Below are positions 55,262 to 64,000 of a DNA stretch of 64,000 nucleotides, one piece after another; the stretch's first letter is position 1; each line of letters begins with the position of its first letter. A model generated the notes under the pieces. It worked only from the letters and a program-made list of their open reading frames with translations, had not been told where the DNA came from and searched no databases. The stretch is from Octopus vulgaris. Taxonomy: Eukaryota. Made by a program: the position numbers and the translations under genes. The stretch is from assembly GCA_951406725.2 (NCBI GenBank), contig OX597842.1:3100001-3164000 (forward strand). The letters are read 5' to 3'.

Positions 55262-55477
55262 TTGTGTGTCTGTGTTTGCCCCCCTAGCATTGCTTGACAA
55301 CCGATGCTGGTGTGTTTACGTCCCCGTCACTTAGCGGTTCGGCAAAAGAACCCATAGAATAAGTACTAGGCTTACAAAGAATAAGTCCTGGGGGTCAATT
55401 TGCTCGACTAAAGGCAGTGCTCCAGCATGGCCACAGTCAAATGACTGAAACAAATAAAAGAGTAAAAGAGTAAAGAG

Positions 55478-55535
<58 letters not shown>

Positions 55536-55685
55536 ACAGGCTTCCCACAGTTTCCGTCAATCAAATTCATTCACAAAGCTTTGGTTAACTAGAGACTATA
55601 GTAGAAGACACTTGCCCAAGTTGCCATGCAGTGAGACTGTACCCGGAACCATGTGGTTAGGGAGGCAAGCTTCTTACCACACAGG
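55175..55685. mobile_element. Family A SINE fragments (+ then -)
   Basis: Family motifs. Confidence 0.85.
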
Positions 55686-55704
55686 CTCATCCATACAAAG
55701 ACAA

Positions 55705-56310
55705 TAGGTGGGATTTGAGGGAGATTTGGCTGCTATTTCTACCAGGTCTAGCTACCATGTAGAGGTCTCCTTCATTGGCTCATACATGCATACATATATA
55801 CATACGTATGTAGGTGGGATTTGAGGGTGATTTTGCTGCTATTTCTACCAGGTCTAGCTAACATGTAGAGGTCTCCTTCATTGGCTCATACATGCATACA
55901 TATATACATACGTATGTAGGTGGGATTTGAGGGTGATTTTGGCTGCTATTTCTACCAGGTCTAGCTACCATGTAGAGGTCTCCTTCATTGGCTCATACAT
56001 GCATACATATATACATACGTATGTAGGTGGGATTTGAGGGTGATTTTGCTGCTATTTCTACCAGGTCTAGCTACCATGTAGAGGTCTCCTTCATTGGCTC
56101 ATACATGCATACATATATACATACGGATGTAGGTGGGATTTGAGGGTGATTTTGCTGCTATTTCTACCAGGTCTAGCTACCATGTAGAGATCTCCTTCAT
56201 TGGCTCATACATGCATACATATATACATACGTATGTAGGTTGGATTTGAGGGTGATTTGGCTGCTGATTCTAGCAGATCTGGCTACCATGTAGAGATTTC
56301 CTTCGTTGGT
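55705..56310 (+). repeat. Young 106-bp minisatellite (5 full copies plus 1 partial)
   Basis: Units start at 55705, 55811, 55917, 56024, 56130 and 56236 and are nearly identical. Confidence 0.95.
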
Positions 56311-56934
56311 GTTATATTGTGACTTAAATGATTTGAGAGAGGTGTGTGTATATGATTGTATTGTATGTGTCTATGTAGATGTGTGTGTGTGTTTCTCTGT
56401 GTGTGTTTGTGTGTGAGAGGGTTCGGAGTAGAGTGTGGGCACGTCGGTAGAGTTAGGGTGGGGGGCCAATGGAATGAGGGTGGGGGAGCAGGCGGGGTTT
56501 ATGGAGAGGTTGAACGTGAATCCCTGGAAAAGATACGCGGAAATGAATAATTAAAACGCTGAATGATCAAAAGACATATCGAGGAGGGGCAGTGGTGGTG
56601 GTGCCGAGGGTGGTGGTGGTGGTGGTGGAGGTGGTGGTGGTGGTGGTGGTGGTGGTGGTGGTGACGGTGGTGATGGTGGTGGTGGTGAGTTTAGTGGAAT
56701 GATGTTGATGATGGTGGTGGTGGTGGTGGTAGCTTTGTTGTTGAAGTGACATCTCTGGTCAAACTAGTAGTAGTAGTAGCGGTGGTGGTGATGGTGGTTT
56801 TGGTTGTAGTAGTAGTAGTACTAGTTGCTGTAGAAGTAGTTGTAGTTTAAGTAGTAGTGGTCATGAAATATTTGTGGTGGTGGTGGTGGTGGTGGTTGAA
56901 ATAGTGGTGTTGTGGTTGTGTAATCTTTGTAGTA

Positions 56935-56981
<47 letters not shown>

Positions 56982-57138
56982 GGTGGTGGTGGTGATGGTG
57001 GCGGTGGTGGTGGTACAGGTAATTGTACTGTATTAGATGTAGTACTGGTGGTAGTGATGATGTGGTTGGGCCGTTGTTGCTGTGCTAGTGGTGAAATGGT
57101 ACAGGTGGTGGTAGTAGTAGTATTTGTAGTAGTAGTAT

Positions 57139-57207
<69 letters not shown>

Positions 57208-57666
57208 TAGTGGTAGCAGTAGAGGCGGTAGTAAATGTAGTTGGACAGGTACCATTAGGTGAGTGGCAGTGACGACACTGTACGGCATATAATGTATATG
57301 TGGTAGTAGTAACCACTGATTAATACGTGGCTTATGTAACAGTATAGGCAGCAGTGGCAGCATGACGTAGTACCAGTGGTTGTGGTGATGGTGGTAGTAC
57401 TGCTAGTAGTTTTATATATAGTTGTGTTACTTGCAACAGTAGCGGTTGCAGTTGCAGTGGTGATTGTAGAAGTTATTGCAGTTGTTGCCGTTAGTCCCAC
57501 AGGAGTTGTTCTTTCCATTCACAGCGTTCCAGCCATGACCATTCCAACGGTTGTACTATCCAATCCGTCTTGCATCATTTAAGAAAGTTGCTGTGTGATT
57601 CTGAAGGTCATTTGGCTGCTATTTCTGTAAGAACACGTAACCATGTAGAGGTATCCTGGGTTAATC

Positions 57667-58752
57667 GCTGTTGTTTAGCCCCTGGTTAGTCTTAATCCAG
57701 CAGATCAAACGGTCAAAGATGTTCCAGCCATGACCATCCCATTTTTTATTCAGGCATAGTGTATCTAGGACTACATTATCTAATGTATAACATAGTAGTT
57801 CGTATCAGTGGCTATAGTTGCAGATGTTTAGCCCTAGGTCAGTCATGATCTAACATATCAATGATATTCCAGATGTGACCATCCCATCTTTATTCAGGCA
57901 TAGTGTATCTAGGACTAAATTATTTTGTGTACAATATAAGTAGTTAGTATTAGTGGTTATAATTGTTGCTGTTTGGCCCCAGGTCTGTCCTGTCCACACA
58001 GCCCTATGATCAAAGTTGCTCCACCTGTGACCATCCCGTCTTTTATTCAGGCATAGTGTATCTAGGACTACATTATCTAATGTACAGTATAAGTAGTTAG
58101 TATAATTGTTGTTTAGCCCCAAGTCAGTCCTGTCCACACAGACCTATGATCAAAGTTGCTCCACTTGTGACCATCCCGTCTTTTATTCAGGCATAGTGTA
58201 TCTAGGACTACTTAATCTCATGTATAATGTATTAGTTAGCATTAGTGATATTTGTGGTCATTGCTTAATCCCTGGTCAATCATGATCAAAGATGTTCCAG
58301 ATGTGACCATCCCATCAATTATTCAGACATGATGTATCTAGGACTACATTATCTAATGTGTAGTGGTAGGCGTTAGTGGTTATAGCTGTTGTTATTGTTT
58401 AACCCCAGGTCAGTGCTGATCCAGCAGACCTATGATCAAAGATGTCCCAGCTATGACTATCCCATCTATCATTCAGCCATAGTGTATCTAGGACTACACT
58501 ATTTAATGTACAGTATAATGATTAGTATTGATGGTTGTAGTTGTTATTGTTGTTCAGCCCCAGGTCAGTCCTAATTCAGCAGATCTATGATCAAAGCTGT
58601 TCCAGCTGTGACCATCCCATCTTTTACTCAGGCATAGTGTATCTAGGACTACATTATCCAATGTGCAATACGGTACATAGAATTATTAGCTCTCTTAGGT
58701 GTTGTTTAGCCCCAGGTCAGTCCTGATCCCATAGACCTATGATCAAAGATGT
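57667..58752 (+). repeat. Array (~7-8 copies) of the ~140-bp repeat
   Basis: CTAGGACTAC anchors about every 135-155 bp. Confidence 0.92.
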
Positions 58753-59647
58753 GATGGTGTTGACGACTGAGGTGGTGGTTGTAGTGTTGATGGTGGTGCT
58801 TGTACAGGTTGTGGTATAAACGGTAGTGGAATAGTAGTGGTAGTGGTGGAGGTGGACTTGGTTTTAGTTTAGTTGGTATGGATGGTGGTGCTGGTGATGG
58901 TAGTGGTTGTAGTGGTGGTGGTGATGGTGGTGGTGATGGTGTTAATGGTGGTGGTGGTGATGGTGATAGTTGTGGCAGTGGTGATGCTTATAGTGGTGAT
59001 GGTGATGATGGTGGTGGTAATGGTGATGGTTATGGTGATGGTTGTGGTGGTGGTGGTGATGATGATGGTGGTGGTGGCGATGGTAGTGGTGGTGGTGGTG
59101 GTTATGGTGGTGCCACTGTTGATAGGACGATGATAGCGATACCAAGGATAGTGGTGGTGATGGTGCTGATGGTGGTGGAGGTGCTGGTGATGGTGGTGGT
59201 TGTAGTGGTGGTGGTGGTGGTGGTGATGGCGACGGTTGTTGGTAGAGGTGGTGGTAGTGGTGGTGGTTATGGTGGTGATGGTTGTGGTTGTGGTGGTAGT
59301 TATGATAATGTCTTTTGTAGTTAGGGGCATTGCCAGTGGTGCTGGCAATTGTTGTGGTGTTAGTGGTAGTGGTAGTGGTGGTGGTGGTGGTGGTGGTGGT
59401 AGTGGTGCCACTGTTGATAGGACAGTGATAGCAATACCAAGGAACAATCGGTTTGGAATGGAAAGCGATAACTTCAGTGAGGAATTTCTTCAGATTGTGT
59501 TAAGTCAACCATTTTGCAAACGATACCACCAGCACCACCACCAACAACAACACTTACTATCACTATAACTAACAATGCTACTATTACTAAAACAACAACT
59601 CCTCCTCCTACCTCTACTTTTACTAGTACTTTAAGAAATAAGGATAC

Positions 59648-59719
<72 letters not shown>

Positions 59720-60045
59720 CAACAACAATAACAACAACAAGAGAACACCAACATCCTCTCAATAATTATCTGGAGATGATTATTAAAATGAGAATATCTG
59801 AAATAAACTTGATTGCTCTCACAAACGAGAATACTAAAAATGAACCCAATCACTCTCAAAAATTAAGTAAAAACAACCAGAAAAATAATCCAGAATCCCT
59901 GTCCGGTACCTGATAGATCCCAATGGTAGTCATGGAATGTGAAAGTGGGTGTACGGGTCATGTTTGTAATGCTGTGTGTGCGTATTGTCTCCAGTGGGAA
60001 CAGAAACAGATTTCTCTATGAGGGCCTTTTTTAGTCTATCCACTG

Positions 60046-60106
<61 letters not shown>

Positions 60107-60107
<1 letters not shown>

Positions 60108-60421
60108 TTGAGAGGGATTCTTTGGGGTTTGAATAATTCACCTCTGGAAACATGGATGGTTTTTTCAACATCCTTAAACAACCCTTATTCAGGGACCGTT
60201 TGAGCGGGATGGGCTACTCAACCTGAAGAAAATTCTAACTGGGCCCCCACCTGCAAGGTCATGTGCTGTTTATCTTGATATGAGATCACCATGTCGCGCA
60301 TATATGGTTGTGATGCATGTGCCTGGTGCACCCTTATCAGACGGGTAGTCATGATGGGTATATTGGGCTTTGTATATTTTACCCCAGTGTCACTTTGATG
60401 GCATGAACTGCTCTCTCACTC

Positions 60422-60467
<46 letters not shown>

Positions 60468-60575
60468 GCACACTAGGCATAACAACAACATGAACTTCCA
60501 ACCCTGTTGTCTCTTGAGGTCTCTGGGTGAGACTTGGAGCCAACTTGTACAAATATAAAGCAAAAGTCAAACATA

Positions 60576-60577
<2 letters not shown>
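60107..60577 (+). mobile_element. Two different retroelement 3' ends serially inserted in an (AAT)n tract (Dong/R4-like)
   Basis: 60107-60421 and 60467-60577 are each bounded on both sides by (AAT)n. Confidence 0.6.
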
Positions 60578-60607
<30 letters not shown>

Positions 60608-60911
60608 TTAATAATAACAATAATAATAATAATAATTACAATCATTCAGGTCTACAGTGAAAACTTATCCCTGCATGAAAGAAAACGGAAAGGGCCTGCA
60701 TACAGAGCTGTTAATGGAGGTTTAACAACATCGTTGTGCGCAAAAACGTAAGTCCAAGGAGTAAAGCTTCCTTCAAGGCAGAGTTAGAAATGCAATTGTG
60801 AAGAAGGTAAGAGGTTTGAAACAGGAGCGATATATTTAGCAAAACATATTAAGAAACACTAATAATAAATGAAAAAAACATAAAATTAAACAAGCTTTTG
60901 ATGGTTTTATA

Positions 60912-61395
60912 GAAAGGTTGAAACAGCTAAGACTCTACTCCCTGGAGAGAAGACGGGAGAGGTATGCAGTAATATATATCTGGAAGATCCTGGAAGGAAT
61001 TGTGCCAAAATTTGGCATTGTAAGCTACACCAATGCCAGAACGGGATGACACTGCTTAGTGCCAAAGATCCCCGCAATGCCATCACGCTTCAAGACCAGT
61101 TACTGCAACACCCTGGGTTTCAAGGGCCCACAGATTTTCAATATTCTCCCAAAGAGTCTGAGGAACTTGCACAATGTAGATGTAGGGGTTTTTAAATCAA
61201 AGCTGGACCTCTTCCTGTCGAGAGTCCCAGATGAACCTACCTCACGGCAAGAGGTGCAAATGAGGGTAGCTATATCAAACTCCATTCTTCACCAAGTGCC
61301 ACATATTAGAAGAGGCTCTTAGTAATAACAGTGTAGCAAAACGGCGGTGCTCCAGCATGGCCACAGCTCTGAGCTGAAACTAGAGAGAAAAGAAA
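60912..61395 (+). mobile_element. 3' fragment of a CR1-group LINE (ORF2 end plus 3'UTR)
   Basis: RLKQLRLYSLERRRERYAVIYIWKILEG...FKSKLDLFLSRVPDEP...* (one internal TGA at 61047); UTR GGCGGTGCTCCAGCATGGCCACAGCTCTGAGCTGAAAC. Confidence 0.85.
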
Positions 61396-62639
61396 ACAAA
61401 ATTCAAAATTATGATGCTATAATGGTAGGTGGTTCTATTATTTTGTCCAATCCTTGTATATGTAGATAGTTAGATAGCAAGCTAGGTAGATGCACACACA
61501 CACATTCAGTTCAGAGAACACATGTGAGTGAGGAAGCGCAATGGTTAGGGGACTGAGAAAGGTTAGGGAAAATATTGTAGAAGTTGTAATGGCATCATAG
61601 TGGTGTGGAGTGGCGTGTCACGTGTGGTAGTGGTGGTGGTGGTGATAGTGGTGGTGGTAGTGGTGTTGGTGGTGTTGTTGGTGGTCGTGGTGATAGTGGG
61701 GGTGATGATCGCAATAGGGGTGGCGGTGATGGTGGTGGTAGTAGTGGTGGTGGTAGTGGTGGTGGTAGTGGTGGTGGTGGTGGTAGTGGTGGTGATGGTG
61801 GTGGTGGTGGTGGTGTTGGTGGTGGTGTTGGTGTTGGTGGTGTTGTTTGGTGGTAGTAGTAGTGGTGGTGGTGGTGGTGGTAGTAGTGGTGGTGGTGGAG
61901 AGAGTAGTAGTGGTGGTGGTAGTGGTGGTGGTGGTGGTGGTGGTGGTAGTGATGATGCTGATGGTGGTGGCGGCGGTGGTGTTGGTGACGATGGTGGTGG
62001 CGGTAGTGATGGTAGTGATGCTAATGATGGTGGTAGTGCGTGGTGGGGTTGTAGCTCTGGTGTTAGTGTAAAGGAGTTTAAACCAATGATACGTGAATAA
62101 ACAATCACGTTCGCATTAACTTAATGAATGCATTTAGCCTTGGGCTTGAACTCTGGCAGAATGAAGAGAAGGAGGGTAGAGGCACTCCAGCATGGGCAGA
62201 CAGACGATGCTGATGGAGAGGTCATGGCTATGGGCCTGATGGAAATGTCTCCAAAACTTGGTTAGGCATACAAAAACTAAATCCTACACACACACCAAAG
62301 CACACACACACACACACACACACATATATACACACACGCGCACACTGCAGAGCACATGTGCACAGACATACACCAAACCATACACACATGCAAAACCAGA
62401 CACACACATACACACACACGTGCATTCACATGCACAAACACACAAACATACACACATACATATAAGAACACAGAAAGACAACACACATACACACACAAAC
62501 ACATATACATATAAGCACAGAACACAAACACACACATGCACGTACACACACATGCACACATGCACACACACAGCCCACAACAGCTGCACAATTGAGGAAA
62601 ATATGCTAAACTGGAAGCCGCAATGTGGTCAAGTAATCT

Positions 62640-63780
62640 GTTAGAAACAACAGTTAAATTCCCATCTAACCTACATTCTACCGTCTTGAATACTGGAGCA
62701 GAAAGATTGATTGATATATTTAGTTCTTAATAACAGGCAAAGTGGTCACGGTTTGAACATCTTTGATCATAGGTCTGCTGGATCAGGATTGACCTGGGGT
62801 TAAACAGCGACTATAATCACTAATAATAATTACTATATCTTTTGTTTTAGTAATTAGATTGTGGCAATGCTGGAGCACTGACTTAAAATTTTTAGTCAAT
62901 TTGACCCCAGTACTTTTTTAAACTTGCTACTTTTGGTCTCTTTTGTTGAACCATTAAGCTACAGAGATGTAAACAAACCAACTCTGGTTGTCAGGTAGTG
63001 GTGGGGGACAAGTACAAACACAAAAGACAGCGTAGGAGTAGCTCTGTGGTATATATATATATATATATACTGCGTGGCACCTTGGGCATGTGAATATAGC
63101 CTCGGGCCGACCAAAGCCTTGTGAGTGGACTGGTAGGCGGAAACTGAAAGAAGCCCGTTGTATATATGTATATGTGTGTATATATGTTTGTGTATCTGTG
63201 TTTGTCCCCCCCCCAGCATCGCTTGACAACCGATGCTGGTGTGTTTACGTCCCCATAACTTAGCGGTTCGGTAAAAGAAATCGATGGAGTAAGTGCTAGG
63301 CTTACAAAGAATAAGTCCTGGGGTCGATTTGCTCGATTAAAGGCGGTGCTCCAGCATAGCCACAGTCAAATGACTGAAACAAGTAAAAGAGTAAATAGTA
63401 TATATTATATATACGATGGGCTTCTTTCAGTTTCTGTCCGAATCTGAACCACGCGCTACTTACCACACAGCCACATTAGATAATGTAGTCCTAGGTACAC
63501 TATGTCTGAATAAAAGATGGGTTGGTCACAGCTGGAGCCTCTTTGATTATAGGTCGGTTGGATCAGGACTGACCAGAGACTAAACAACAACAAACATTGA
63601 ATAATGTAGTCCTAGATACACTATGTCTGAATCTGAACCACGCGCTACTTACCACACAGCCACATTAGATATTGTAGTCCTAGATACACAATGTCTGAAT
63701 AAAACATGGATTGGTCACAGCTGGGCCATCTTTGATCATAATTCTGCTGGATCAAGACTGACCTGGGGCTAAACAACACC
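62640..63780. repeat. Mixed ~140-bp repeat copies (-) and family A SINEs (62840-63030 -, 63045-63395 +)
   Basis: Family motifs. Confidence 0.85.
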
Positions 63781-64000
63781 CAGCAGTAACAATACTGATA
63801 ACAAAAGCAGAATCAATGTGAACATCAACATCAGCATCAACAACAATCATGCAGCGGTCATGCTTACCACTGTAGTATTATTAAACTCTGGTGGGATGCA
63901 CAGAGATGACGGAAGTCTACCATCACCACCACCAGCAACAATAATGCCTCTAATGACAATAACAACTTAAAGCGCCATATATAACTCCGTCCTCAACAAC

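Overview
Eukaryotic, AT-rich, repeat-saturated non-coding DNA (large intron or intergenic). The repeat families resemble those of Octopus/coleoid cephalopods (inference from recall, not a database hit). No intact host protein-coding gene is supportable: nearly all listed ORFs come from microsatellites or SINEs. Content: about 30 copies or fragments of a CORE-like tRNA SINE (family A), about 15 of a Meta-like SINE (B), V-domain and other tRNA SINEs, and truncated LINEs (RTE, Tx1/L1, CR1-like, (AAT)n-associated Dong/R4-like). Also present are hAT, Merlin-like, mariner, Helitron and Helentron non-autonomous elements, a dispersed ~140-bp tandem repeat and a young 106-bp VNTR. The most striking signal is at least seven sequence-unrelated minimal type-I hammerhead ribozyme motifs, each in a short non-coding cassette in or beside a microsatellite. 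Several cassettes are foldbacks: one has a tRNA-derived Pol III head, and one is a 386-bp rod-like hairpin capped by the ribozyme, consistent with non-autonomous Penelope-like or retrozyme elements. Other notable items are a LINE 3'UTR sharing its tail (with stem covariation) with the dominant SINE, and an unidentified in-frame 285-bp coding-like duplication with shared stops. All coordinates and alignments were read by eye.
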